Shown here: piece by piece, positions 1 through 9,900 of the stretch
How the letters are laid out: each line of letters begins with the position of its first letter
How positions within the stretch are numbered: position 1 is the stretch's first letter
DNA from: Candidatus Omnitrophota bacterium
Lineage (GTDB): Bacteria; Omnitrophota; Gorgyraeia; Duberdicusellales; 4484-171
DNA length: 64,000 nucleotides
Assembly: GCA_021735655.1 (NCBI GenBank)
Contig: JAIPGM010000002.1
Coordinates: 256,001 to 320,000, forward strand
Direction of reading: 5' to 3'
Notes under the pieces: generated by a model
Databases searched by the model: none
What the model was told of the DNA's origin: nothing
What the model saw: only the letters and a program-made list of their open reading frames with translations
Position numbers and translations under genes: made by a program

Positions 1-210
1 AGAAATAACATACTTTTCATATTTTTTTTCAGCAATAGTGTTAAAAAGAGCGCCAACCACCGAAGAAAGAGCTAATAACCATATTGTAATTGCAAGGACT
101 CTACCAAATTTTTTTAGGTTTTCAGAGTCAGTTTTAGATGCTCCTAGCAGTACAAAAAAACTCACAATCACCAAACCAACAGCCTTCATTAGCATTGCAT
201 AACTTTCCAT
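1..210 (-). CDS. Small hypothetical membrane protein, partial (runs off window start); start ATG at 210
   Basis: Seen in sequence: manual reverse-complement translation from ATG at 210..208 gives MESYAMLMKAVGLVIVSFFVLLGASKTDSENLKKFGRVLAITIWLLALSSVVGALFNTIAEKKYEKYVIS... with no stop before the window edge. A GGGAGGTG Shine-Dalgarno lies 5 nt upstream. The translation has two hydrophobic helices. Not in the ORF track because it is truncated. Confidence 0.35.
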   Translation of the reverse strand, partial: MESYAMLMKAVGLVIVSFFVLLGASKTDSENLKKFGRVLAITIWLLALSSVVGALFNTIAEKKYEKYVIS

Positions 211-236
211 ATAAACACCTCCCTTTTTTTAATAAC

Positions 237-1169
237 CTAGGCTTTCGTCCAAATACGTGTATTTAAATTGAGATCTTCGGCTATGCTAACAGCCATACCT
301 AAATCTTCATAGTATTGTTTTATCGGCGCAAAGTCCAAGAGAGTTTTAAATATCCGCGGCTCAAAGAGCCTTCGGGCATAAGGTATTGCGACAAATATTT
401 TTGATTTTACAAATGAAATGTAGATTGCTTTTTTGGTTTTCTTTCTGAAGTCAGCGATTCGTTTCATTAAGCTTGTTGAAAGAATATAGCGAGCCTCGAT
501 CTGGTCACTTCCGTATACTGCAAAAAATTTTTCAAACTCCGGGTCTTCTAACCTTATGGGTTCTCCTCGCATCTTATTCCAGGATTGTAGCATTTTTCCA
601 ATACCACCAAAGAGCCGTTCGGCAATATCTGGCAAAACCACAGTAATACCCTTAAAGGACTTATTAAAATCAGCAATAAAAAATAGTCCATTAAAAATCG
701 GAGTTCGGTTTCTATTTTTGCCGCTACCGGATTCATGCGCGGCGTGCAATTCTGAAAATCTAACCTGGGTTTTATCTATGGTTCCTTGGATATAATCGTC
801 ACCTTTATATCTGTTCGGCCGCAAGTTAAAAATCTTACTTTCAGTAAAATCATCTAAGGATATGTACTTGGTTGGCGAATATTGCAGATTGCCATCAACC
901 GCCTTAATAATTTTCTCAATTATGCTACTTTTGAAATTTTTCCGGTAAGCACTTGAAATTATCTGTGTGGCTACAATACAGCCAACAATGCCGAAAAATA
1001 TAAAGTGAACCACATGGGCTAGAAGGGCTAAGATTATGGCCAAAGGCGTAATGATCGCCACTACTATATAGATTTTTTTTAATACTTGCTTGCGTTGCTG
1101 CTCTAGGATTTTTAATTCTGACCAAAGCACGGTGCTATAGTAATCTTCTAGTTCTCTTATCGTTTTCAT
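237..1169 (-). CDS. DUF3137-family membrane protein (commonly paired with LemA)
   Basis: A 310-aa ORF with an N-terminal TM segment. Overall similarity is to the DUF3137 family, which typically sits next to lemA, and lemA is immediately upstream here. This is an established-knowledge family assignment made from memory, not a search. Confidence 0.55.
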   Translation of the reverse strand: MKTIRELEDYYSTVLWSELKILEQQRKQVLKKIYIVVAIITPLAIILALLAHVVHFIFFGIVGCIVATQIISSAYRKNFKSSIIEKIIKAVDGNLQYSPTKYISLDDFTESKIFNLRPNRYKGDDYIQGTIDKTQVRFSELHAAHESGSGKNRNRTPIFNGLFFIADFNKSFKGITVVLPDIAERLFGGIGKMLQSWNKMRGEPIRLEDPEFEKFFAVYGSDQIEARYILSTSLMKRIADFRKKTKKAIYISFVKSKIFVAIPYARRLFEPRIFKTLLDFAPIKQYYEDLGMAVSIAEDLNLNTRIWTKA

Positions 1170-1191
1170 TAAGGCTTCTTTTTTCTAGAAA

Positions 1192-1752
1192 TTACTTATT
1201 AAAAAGATCCTTTACGCTAACGTTTTTACGTTCTTTTTCAACTATTTCAAATACTTGCTTGCGTTTATAATTCATCATTGAAGCTACTATATTAGTCGGA
1301 AACATTTCAACCGCATTATTGTAATCAGTAACTGAAGCATTGTAGGCTCGGCGAGCTGCCGAAATCTGTTCCTCTACTTCATTTAAAGTCCCCTGAAGCT
1401 GTAGGAAATTCTGATTGGCCTTAAGATCTGGATAATTCTCAACAGCGACCATTATTCCGCCCAAAGCTTTGGTCATTTTATTATCCAGGTCAACCTTTTG
1501 ATCATCAGAAAGTGAACTGGAAACAGCCTTAGCTCTCATCTCAGTTATTTCAGTTAAGGTGCCCCTTTCATGTTGCATGTAAGTTTTAACTGTAGCGATT
1601 AGATTCGGAATAAGGTCATACCTTTTCTTCAGTAAAGTGTCGATACTGGCAAATACATTTTGGACCTGGTTCTTTTTTCCAACCAAGCTATTGTAAAGAA
1701 AAACCGGAATTAAAACCAGTACCCCGAGAATAATAATTGTTGGTAACATCAC
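1192..1752 (-). CDS. lemA: LemA family protein
   Basis: A 186-aa ORF with an N-terminal TM helix (MMLPTIIILGVLVLIPVFL) and LemA-like conserved regions (RYDLIPNL, ERGTLTEITEMRA, AVENYPDLKANQNF). Confidence 0.8.
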   Translation of the reverse strand: MMLPTIIILGVLVLIPVFLYNSLVGKKNQVQNVFASIDTLLKKRYDLIPNLIATVKTYMQHERGTLTEITEMRAKAVSSSLSDDQKVDLDNKMTKALGGIMVAVENYPDLKANQNFLQLQGTLNEVEEQISAARRAYNASVTDYNNAVEMFPTNIVASMMNYKRKQVFEIVEKERKNVSVKDLFNK

Positions 1753-1821
1753 AAACCTCCTTTTTTACCTCTGTATATATTATCATAATTGACTTACTAT
1801 CTCAAGACTGAGACTATTACT

Positions 1822-2994
1822 TTAGCTTAAAAATGTTTTTTTGGCTCGATAAATAGCCTGGTTGCCGAATTTATTTCTTATTGAATCTACTGCCTGATGA
1901 ACCCTTTCTTTCTTTTTATCTTTTTCTCCCTCAAAAAGACTATCTTTGATTTCAGAGTCCATACAGTTCGATGCTTTAACACCTAACAGGCGTACTTCTC
2001 TTTTTTTAAGTTCAAAGTCCGACAAAAGTTTTCTAGCCGTCTTATAGATTGTATCGACAAAGTTAGTAGCGGCAATCAAGGTTAACGATCGAGTGTAGGT
2101 TTTGTAACCTTTAAGACGTATCTTTAAAGTTATCGTCCTTGCCTTTAAACCTTCTGAACGCAGGCGGCGTGAAACCTTCTCTGAAAGCCCAACCAGGGTA
2201 TCTTTAATTAGCTCTTTATCGTTAGTGTCACGCTCGAAAGTAATTTCGTTGCTTATTGATTTTATTTGATCGTTGGCTTCTACTGGACGTTGATCAATTC
2301 CTTTGGCTAGCTCCCACCAGTGTCGACCATTTTCACCAAAAATTTCGATTATCGTTTCTAATTTTTTTTCCGCTAAATCACCGATAGTTTTTATGCCTCG
2401 CTCTTTAAAAACTGCAGTACTTTTTTTACCTAATCCCCAAATTTTATTAATTTCTAAAGGATGAAGAAAGTCACGCAAATTACTTTCGGTAACCATAACT
2501 AAGCCGTCAGGTTTTTCAAGATCAGAAGCAATCTTGGCAGCCATCTTGGTCGGAGCGCAACCAACTGAAGCGGTAAGTCCAGTTGTTTTTTTTATCTGGT
2601 CTTTAAGTGCTTGGCAGGTTTTCTTTGGGCCGCCAAAAAGGTGAAAACTCCCAGTTATATCCAAAAAAGCTTCGTCAATACTAATCGGCTCGACCTTAGG
2701 TGTAAAATTATAAAATATTTTATAGATTTCTTCTGAGGCTTGATGATATTTATCCATATTAACCGGAAGAAAAACGCCCTGAGGACATTTCTTGTAGGCC
2801 AAGGATATCGGCAAGCTTGAATATATCCCAAATTTCCGAGCCTCATAAGAACAAGTTGAAACCACCCCCCTACCATTTCCTTTTTTGGGGTCAGCACCAA
2901 TAATTATTGGTTTACCAGCTAAATTCGGATTATCGCGCTGCTCAACAGCAGCGAAAAAGGCATCCATATCTACATGCAGGATGTACTTTAGCAT
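1822..2994 (-). CDS. dinB: DNA polymerase IV (Y-family translesion polymerase)
   Basis: A 390-aa ORF beginning ILHVDMDAFFAAVEQRDNP and containing SIDEAFLDITGS, with a GLG fingers/thumb region. This is the canonical DinB architecture. Confidence 0.9.
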   Translation of the reverse strand: MLKYILHVDMDAFFAAVEQRDNPNLAGKPIIIGADPKKGNGRGVVSTCSYEARKFGIYSSLPISLAYKKCPQGVFLPVNMDKYHQASEEIYKIFYNFTPKVEPISIDEAFLDITGSFHLFGGPKKTCQALKDQIKKTTGLTASVGCAPTKMAAKIASDLEKPDGLVMVTESNLRDFLHPLEINKIWGLGKKSTAVFKERGIKTIGDLAEKKLETIIEIFGENGRHWWELAKGIDQRPVEANDQIKSISNEITFERDTNDKELIKDTLVGLSEKVSRRLRSEGLKARTITLKIRLKGYKTYTRSLTLIAATNFVDTIYKTARKLLSDFELKKREVRLLGVKASNCMDSEIKDSLFEGEKDKKKERVHQAVDSIRNKFGNQAIYRAKKTFLS

Positions 2995-3119
2995 AATTTT
3001 GGGTTTATTTGGCCTATTTGAAGCCTATCGGTTTTAAATGCCCTAATTATATATATTATTGATATTGTCCAAAATAGAGCTATTTTTGAGCTAAATAGGG
3101 GCATTCTAGGGGGCACTTT

Positions 3120-4358
3120 TTAGGGCATCTTACGAATAGCTTCGACCCGTTTCAATACCGGCGGATGACTATAATCCAAAAATACCTTTAATCGATGCGG
3201 GCTTAAATTAGAAAGATTGTTTACAGTGAGCTTTTTAAGCGCCGAGATAAAGGCCTCCGGATTTTGATAGGTCCTTACCGCATAGCGATCAGCTTCATAT
3301 TCATGTTTTCGCGAAAGCAAATTACCGAATATTGAAAAAATAAAACTAATTGGTGTATAAAGGAAGCTAAAGAATATAAGCCCAGCGTAAACTGATATTT
3401 CATCCATTCTAAAAGCATTGAATAGCCCAGGATTTTTTATAAAAAATGAAAGCAGGTAAAACATCAGACCTTTAGTTAATGCTGAGAGTAAAAGACGTTT
3501 TATAATATGTTTCTTTTTATAGTGGCCAACTTCATGTGCTAAAACAGAAACAATTTCTTCAGTAGTGTGTTTTTGAATTAAAGTGTCAAATAAAGCAATC
3601 CGACGAGATTTGCCTAAACCAGTAAAAAAAGCGTTAGACTTACTTGACCGACGCGACCCATCAATTTTAAAAATACCCTTTATCTTGAACTTTTGCGAAT
3701 TAGCATAATCGCTAACCGCCTTTTTAAGCTCCCCATCTTCTAAGGGGGTAAATTTGTTAAAAAGCGGTAAAATTAACACCGGAGCAATAAAAATAAAAAA
3801 AGTACTTAAGAGAACCGTAGCCAACCAACACCAAAGCCAAGCTCCCTGATCGCTAAACTCGACAAAAAGACGTACAATTAAATAGAAAGCCGGACCGGCA
3901 ATAATTACCAACAATATCCAGTTTTTAATTAGATCAGTAATAAAAGTTTTTACGGTAGTTTTATTGAATCCATACTTCTCTTCAATAACAAAGGTCTGAT
4001 AAATAGAAAAAGGTATCTCAATAATTTGAAGTCCGAAAACAATAATTCCGGCAAAAATTAAACCGCTAAACTCAATATTTGAGCTCAAATCTCGGGAGAT
4101 TCGGTCAACTAAATTGAATCCTCCGCTTAGAATAAAAATGATAACAACTGTCGTAAAGACGGTTTTTTGAATAAGACTAAAGTAAGTATTTTCTTTAAGG
4201 TATTTTTGCGAACGACTATAGTCCTCAGGATTATAATAACCTTCAAATTCTGCAGGTAGACTAAAACCAACTGAGGAAATATTTAACATCTCTACGGTCA
4301 CCCGCAAGACATACTCGCCGATTAAAATAGCTAAAATAATAACTAAATAAGGATTCAT
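3120..4358 (-). CDS. M48 family zinc metallopeptidase (Ste24/HtpX-like), polytopic membrane protein
   Basis: A 412-aa ORF with multiple TM segments, an HEXXH motif (LAHEVGHYKKKH) and a downstream Glu (EYEADRYA). It sits immediately downstream of the GEMM-I riboswitch. Confidence 0.8.
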   Translation of the reverse strand: MNPYLVIILAILIGEYVLRVTVEMLNISSVGFSLPAEFEGYYNPEDYSRSQKYLKENTYFSLIQKTVFTTVVIIFILSGGFNLVDRISRDLSSNIEFSGLIFAGIIVFGLQIIEIPFSIYQTFVIEEKYGFNKTTVKTFITDLIKNWILLVIIAGPAFYLIVRLFVEFSDQGAWLWCWLATVLLSTFFIFIAPVLILPLFNKFTPLEDGELKKAVSDYANSQKFKIKGIFKIDGSRRSSKSNAFFTGLGKSRRIALFDTLIQKHTTEEIVSVLAHEVGHYKKKHIIKRLLLSALTKGLMFYLLSFFIKNPGLFNAFRMDEISVYAGLIFFSFLYTPISFIFSIFGNLLSRKHEYEADRYAVRTYQNPEAFISALKKLTVNNLSNLSPHRLKVFLDYSHPPVLKRVEAIRKMP

Positions 4359-4479
4359 AAAACTATTTATTTTTTGAAGTTGAAACTGACAAGATTAAAA
4401 AAACCGACAAGGGCTTCACGGTGTGTCTACCGGCAACTCAGCCACCATCATAGTCTAAGGCTCATACTCGCAAAGTTGG

Positions 4480-4595
4480 GGAGCGTTGCGTTTTAGGAGA
4501 GCTTGCGAATCATCTCGCCCAAGAACTATCTTAGGTCTGTCAGTTTTGCGCCCCTTACTTTCGTAAGGTTTGCCCTTATCGGCACCTTAATTATA
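4480..4595 (-). promoter_or_regulatory. c-di-GMP-I (GEMM) riboswitch in the leader of the M48 peptidase gene
   Basis: The minus-strand RNA reads GAUAAGGGCAAACCUUACGAAAGUAAGGGGCGCAAAACUGACAGACCUAAGAUAGUUCUUGGGCGAGAUGAUUCGCAAGCUCUCC. It matches the Vc2-type GEMM-I core GGCAAACC-(stem with GAAA tetraloop)-GGGACGCAAAGC-...-CCUAAAC... with two mismatches in the ACGCAAAGC box. It lies in the 290-nt gap between mscS and the M48 gene and is followed by a GC-rich segment and a U7 run at about 4393..4425. Confidence 0.7.
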
Positions 4596-4649
4596 CAATA
4601 TTTTTGGTGCTAATTTCAACCCAATATTCAGAATATATATACAATATCG

Positions 4650-5708
4650 TTACTTTGTCAGATGAACAGTCTGAGTAGGAAAAGCAAATTCAATCTTTTT
4701 CTTCTCAAATTCACCCTTAATGCCCAGGTTTATCTCTTGTTGAATATCCATATATTTATTATAATCACTGCTAAGCACGTAATAGACTACCTCAAAAATA
4801 AGATTAAACTCACCATAAGAAAAGAAATGAGCTCGATCCAAAGTGGCACCCTCAACACCTTCAATTATCTCCCCAATAATCTTAGGTATTTCTTTTAACT
4901 TAGAAAGAGATGTGTCATAAGTAGTACCCAGCTGAAACATCACTCTTCGTTTCTGCATTCGCTTATAATTACGTAAGCGAGAATCCGTCAAATCAGAGTT
5001 AGAAAAAACTAGCTGTTCGCCGCCTAAACTGCGAATTCGAGTAGTTTTAATTCCAATGTTTTCTACTGTTCCCAAAAGATCGCCAACAATAACAAAATCG
5101 CCAACTTCAAAGGGACGGTCAAAAATAATTGAAAAATAACTAAATAAATCCTTTAGAACTGCTTGGGCAGCCAAAGCAATGGCTACACCACCAATACCCA
5201 ACCCGGCAATAACCGTTGATATTTTAAAACCTAAGTTGTCTAAATAGAAAATAATAGCCAGGGCCCAAATAATAAACTTAGTAACCCTCAAAACACCCTC
5301 TAGACTATTCTTTAAAGTTTCACTGCGCCTAGACTTTCGCCAATAAACATCTAAACTATAGGTAATTATACGAATCAATAAACGGACCGTAAAAAAAGTT
5401 ATTAGCGCCATCACTAGAACGCCTAGGCCGCGATTAACCTGTTCACTTAAGGTCAAGGTTTTAAGACTTAAGTAGAAGGCCGCAAGGTAAAAAATCGGAA
5501 TAGCTATTTTCTCAATAATTTCAGCTAAGAAATCATCAATACTAGTAAGCGTCTTTGCAGCTAAACTTCTGAGTTTTTTTAAAATGATGAGCTCGAATAT
5601 CTTTATTACAACACAAGCTAACAGGAATGCACCAATATGAACAATATAATCCTGTAATGAGTTGCCAAGTATAATGTACTCTGAAAATTCTTGCATAGTT
5701 ACCCCCAA
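4650..5708 (-). CDS. Mechanosensitive ion channel, MscS family
   Basis: A 352-aa ORF with N-terminal TM helices and the MscS beta-domain signature (FDRPFEVGDFVIVGDLLGTVENIGIKTTRIRSLGGEQLVFSNSDL). Confidence 0.85.
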   Translation of the reverse strand: MGVTMQEFSEYIILGNSLQDYIVHIGAFLLACVVIKIFELIILKKLRSLAAKTLTSIDDFLAEIIEKIAIPIFYLAAFYLSLKTLTLSEQVNRGLGVLVMALITFFTVRLLIRIITYSLDVYWRKSRRSETLKNSLEGVLRVTKFIIWALAIIFYLDNLGFKISTVIAGLGIGGVAIALAAQAVLKDLFSYFSIIFDRPFEVGDFVIVGDLLGTVENIGIKTTRIRSLGGEQLVFSNSDLTDSRLRNYKRMQKRRVMFQLGTTYDTSLSKLKEIPKIIGEIIEGVEGATLDRAHFFSYGEFNLIFEVVYYVLSSDYNKYMDIQQEINLGIKGEFEKKKIEFAFPTQTVHLTK

Positions 5709-5727
5709 AAAAATATCAGTTAAACTG

Positions 5728-6921
5728 TTAATTTTCCGAAATCGAATACCGAACTTTAGATTTTTGTATTTCCAAAGTGCTAGCCAGTTCGGTTTCAGTT
5801 ACAAACCCGAGTTCTTTTAAAATTTCTCCAAGCATAATTCCTCTTTTCCAATGAATTAAAAGAGCTTCATCGAGCTGATTTTGAGAAATTGCCTTTCGTT
5901 CAATTAATATCTGACCTAAAGGTTTATCATTGGTTGTCTTTCGATGATAGATTTCCGGTGTTGCGTCTTTATTTGTTTTGGTGTCACGACGATCAACCAT
6001 AAATTTGCTCTCAGGGATAGTTTTGAGGTAACGCTTTATTTCGGTAACTTTTTCATTAAGCTGAATCATATTTTCGATACCAGAAGTGTACTCTCGATTG
6101 ACTACGGCAATCGAAATTGTCATCAAAGGTGTATTTGTTAATTTACGAGTTCGATCGCGATTAACCACAAAACCTTGGTTGCGATCTATTTCAGAGTAAT
6201 GAAAAGGAATAATCGTATCGAAACTTTTAATAAAATTGTGGCATATTTGTGCGTATTTATCCATGGTGCTGATAAAAACAAAATCATCTCCTCCAATATG
6301 ACCGATAAAATCATCAGAATTTCCGAATTTTTTTACCGCGTCAATTAACAAGTGAGTTGTATGAAGAATTACTCCGTCACCTTTACGGTAGCCATAGACA
6401 TCATTGAAAGATTTAAAATTATCAATATCTAAATAAGCAAATGAAAATGGTTTTCCAGTTTTAAACTTTTCATTTAAGGCATCCTCAAATATTTTAGCAC
6501 CAGGAAGACCAGTTAAGGAACTCGCATAAATACTGTGTTGGGCGCGTCTTGCAGCCATTTCAATTCGAATACGTAAATCAAGCGGGTCTGGTGGTTTTAT
6601 CAAATAATCATCGACTCCTTGCTTTAGACTTAATAATTGAGCGCGTAATTGCCGCTTATTGATTAAAGTTATGACCGGAGTAAAAGCAGTGGCAAAATTT
6701 TCTTTTAAAAGCCGACACATGGCTAATTGTTCTTTACGGGCTGATTGAATATCAATGACTATGACATCAGGGGAAATTCTTTTTATTTTTTCGATATCTT
6801 GCGGTTGAGTAAATTCACGTAGGAAAACTTCGTATCCCCAACCGTCAAAACAAAAGCGCAGAACCTCTTTTAATTGACTATCCGAAGAGATAATTAAAAT
6901 TTTATGTATAGTATCAATCAT
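5728..6921 (-). CDS. Response-regulator receiver - GGDEF (GGDDF variant) - MshEN/T2SSE_N-like c-di-GMP-binding domain protein
   Basis: The REC domain has the phospho-Asp context VIVIDIQ, T in PVITLI and K in DYLIKP. The GGDEF domain has LDIDNFKSFNDVYGYRKGDGVI and the signature GGDDF in place of GGDEF, and the RxxD I-site is replaced by NSDD. The C-terminal 50 aa, LGEILKELGFVTETELASTLEIQ, fit the MshEN c-di-GMP-binding motif LGxxLLxxGLLxxxxLxxxLxxQ almost exactly. Confidence 0.8.
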   Translation of the reverse strand: MIDTIHKILIISSDSQLKEVLRFCFDGWGYEVFLREFTQPQDIEKIKRISPDVIVIDIQSARKEQLAMCRLLKENFATAFTPVITLINKRQLRAQLLSLKQGVDDYLIKPPDPLDLRIRIEMAARRAQHSIYASSLTGLPGAKIFEDALNEKFKTGKPFSFAYLDIDNFKSFNDVYGYRKGDGVILHTTHLLIDAVKKFGNSDDFIGHIGGDDFVFISTMDKYAQICHNFIKSFDTIIPFHYSEIDRNQGFVVNRDRTRKLTNTPLMTISIAVVNREYTSGIENMIQLNEKVTEIKRYLKTIPESKFMVDRRDTKTNKDATPEIYHRKTTNDKPLGQILIERKAISQNQLDEALLIHWKRGIMLGEILKELGFVTETELASTLEIQKSKVRYSISEN

Positions 6922-6929
6922 TTAAACTA

Positions 6930-9900
6930 TTATACCACTTTCTTCTGTTCCTCAATTATTTTTTGGGCTATTTCCTTTGGTACCTGGGTGTACTTTTTAA
7001 AATGCATTGAGCAACTTGCCCGGCCACTAGATAAAGACCTAAGATTGGTTACGTAACCAAACATTTCCGAAAGTGGAGCCTCAGCCGAAATTAGCTTTTG
7101 GTTACCTTTTGAATCCATACCTAAAATTTTCCCCCGACGCGCACAAAGATAACCAACAATACCACTAGTATGCTCTTCTGGAGTAAGTACTTCCAAGCTC
7201 ATGCAAGGCTCAAGAAGAACCGGACTCGCTTTTAAAAAAGCGTTTTTAAAGCAAGTTCTTGCAGCAATTTTAAACGCTAACTCTGAAGAATCAACTTCAT
7301 GGTATGAACCATCAACGAGCTTTACCTTAACATCGACCACCGGATAACCGGCATAAGAACCTTTTTTCATTGCTTCAATAATACCTTTCTCAACTGCCGG
7401 TATATAGTTTTTAGGTATTGCTCCACCTTTAATGCTATCTTTAAATTCAAAACCAGCAGCTTCTTCATTAGGAGAAAGCTCAATCGCTACGTGGCCGTAT
7501 TGGCCTCTGCCTCCGCTTTGCTTAGCATGTTTATACTCTTCGCTAGTAGACTGAAGGATTGTTTCTTTATAGGCAACTTTAGGCTGACCGGCCTGCGCTG
7601 AAACCTTAAATTCTTCCTTCAAACGTTCAACGATTATTTCAAGATGTAATTCTCCCATACCAGAAAGAATTGTTTCAGAGGTTTCCTCGTCGGTATGAGC
7701 GTTAAAAGTGGGGTCTTCTTCTGCTAGTTTAGCTAAACCCTTGGCCATCCTATCCTGATCGGAACGACTCTCCGGTTTTATGCTGATTGAAACGACTGGC
7801 TCAGAAAATTCAATTGACTCAAGTAATATTGGATTTTGAATGTCAGAGAGTGTATCGCCGGTTAAAGTGGAACTGAGACCGACAATTGCCGCAATATCAC
7901 CGGCAAACACTGCGTCAACATTTTCTCGTTGGTTAGCATGCATTCGAACAATTCTCCCGATACGCTCTTTTTTATTTTTAGTTGCATTTAAAACATAAGT
8001 TCCGGCCCTTAAGCATCCCGAATAGATTCGAGCATAGATCAATTTACCTACATGCTGGTCAGCTTGGACCTTAAAAGCAAGCGCTGAAAAAAATTCATCA
8101 TCTTGAGGCTTACGTTCCAAGCTTTTTTCTTTATCATCGGGGTCAGAACCAATAACTGGCGGAATTTCAGCCGGAGAAGGTAGATAGGCAACAACTGCAT
8201 CAAGCAAGTCTTGAACACCCTTATTTTTTAATGCTGACCCGCAAAAAACCGGAACAATCTTATTTGAAACTGTAGCTTTGCGCAAAGCCTCAGTCAGATC
8301 GTCTTTGCTGATTGACTCCTCTGACTGTAAGTATTTTTCCATTAATTTACCATCATAAGAGGCTACCCGATCAACCAAACTATGGCGGTATCTTTGAGCG
8401 ATTTCTTTATAGCTTTCATGAATATCTTCCGACCTAATATCTTTGCCTAAGGATTCGTCATTATAAAGATGCATTTTCATATTAATAAGATCAATTATGC
8501 CTTTAAAGTCACCTTCCTTACCGATCGGTATCTGTAAGGCAACTGGTTTAGCCCCAATAGTATTTTCGATCTCTTCTAAAACCTTAAAAAAATCAGCCCC
8601 GACCCGATCCATTTTATTTATAAAGGCTATCTTCGGTACATGATATTTATCCGATTGGCGCCATACGGTTTCAGTTTGAGACTCTACTCCTCCCACCGCA
8701 CAAAATACAGCAACTGCCCCATCTAGGACCCTTAACGATCTTTCAACTTCAGCGGTAAAATCAACGTGGCCGGGGGTATCAATAATAGTAATTTGGCAAT
8801 CTTTCCAACTACAAGTGGTTGCAGCTGAAGTTATAGTTATACCTCTTTCCTGTTCTTGTTTCATCCAATCCATCTGAGCTGCCCCGTCATGAACTTCGCC
8901 GATTTTGTGCGACCGGCCGGTATAGAAAAGAACTCTTTCAGTAAGAGTAGTTTTCCCAGCATCAATATGGGCCATAATCCCAATATTACGGATCTTGCCC
9001 AGTTCTATTTTTCTCTCCGGCAGTGGCTCCTCTACTTTTTTTACTGCTTCAGGCTTAGGCTCGGCTTGTATTTCTGGTTCTTGAGCCGATAGCTCCGGAG
9101 TCACTTCTTCACTTGCGGTTTCAGGTTGCCCTTGGGTCAAATCTTTAGTTTCACCTTCCTGCCCTTGGATTAAAGATTCGTCTTCCTTTAGCGATTCTTT
9201 ATCTGAAGGTAACTCTTCAAATTCCTTAGTTTCTGAAATAGGTTCACTTGGCTGCGCCTGAACTAACTCATTCTCAAGATTGGAAGATTCTTTTTGAGAA
9301 TCACCGTCCTCAATTAAAAGAATATCTGCTAACTCATCGTCCTTAATAACGCCGCTTCGTTTAATCTCGCGTAATTTATTAAGAATACGAATCCGCTCCT
9401 GATCAATTTTTTCGATATCTTTACCTTTTAGCTCCAACTCCTTAGATTTAATCTCTAACTCATTTTTTAATTCTTCACTTTGTTCTTCTAAAAGAGAGTA
9501 CTCTTCTTTAGATACCCATTCGCTTTGACGTTGTTTTTCTTTCATTTGAGCAACTTCAGCAGCATGTGCGACAGTTTCTTTAGATAGCTGGTGCATTCTT
9601 TGAGTCTGATCTTTTAGCTCACTTTCCAAAGAAATAATCTTATCTTTCAATTGATTGATATTGACTTCACGAATTTTGATTACTTCTTCAGCTTGATCAA
9701 GTTCTTTTTTAAACTGCACACTCCGGGAAAACTCTTTCTCTAAATCCTTTTCCTTAGTAATCAATTTAACTCTCAAAGCCTCATAGGGACCTTTTCCTTT
9801 TTTCAAAGTAAGCTGCTGACTATTAAGCCATTTTTTATTGCGGTTAATTTCCTCGCCCAATTCTTTAGCCTTGAGGCTAAGCTTTTGATGCTCATCTTGC

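Noticed and set aside
554-795. Short ORFs antisense to or nested in long genes. Examples are 554..736, 556..795, 925..1125, 2655..2900, 4662..4898, 5944..6141, 8856..9092, 11993..12199, 13484..13684, 18696..18950, 21925..22359, 33081..33314, 41398..41700, 51589..51792 and 63368..63589
   Set aside because: They lie inside confidently assigned genes on the opposite strand or in another frame, and they lack SDs. Several are low-complexity translations of the antisense of conserved genes. They are treated as spurious.
4380-4640. GC-richer 260-nt intergenic block considered as tmRNA, RNase P RNA, SRP RNA or 6S RNA
   Set aside because: No tmRNA tag or CCA-acceptor features, and no RNase P or SRP conserved boxes. 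The reverse complement instead matches the GEMM-I c-di-GMP riboswitch core, so it was called as a riboswitch.
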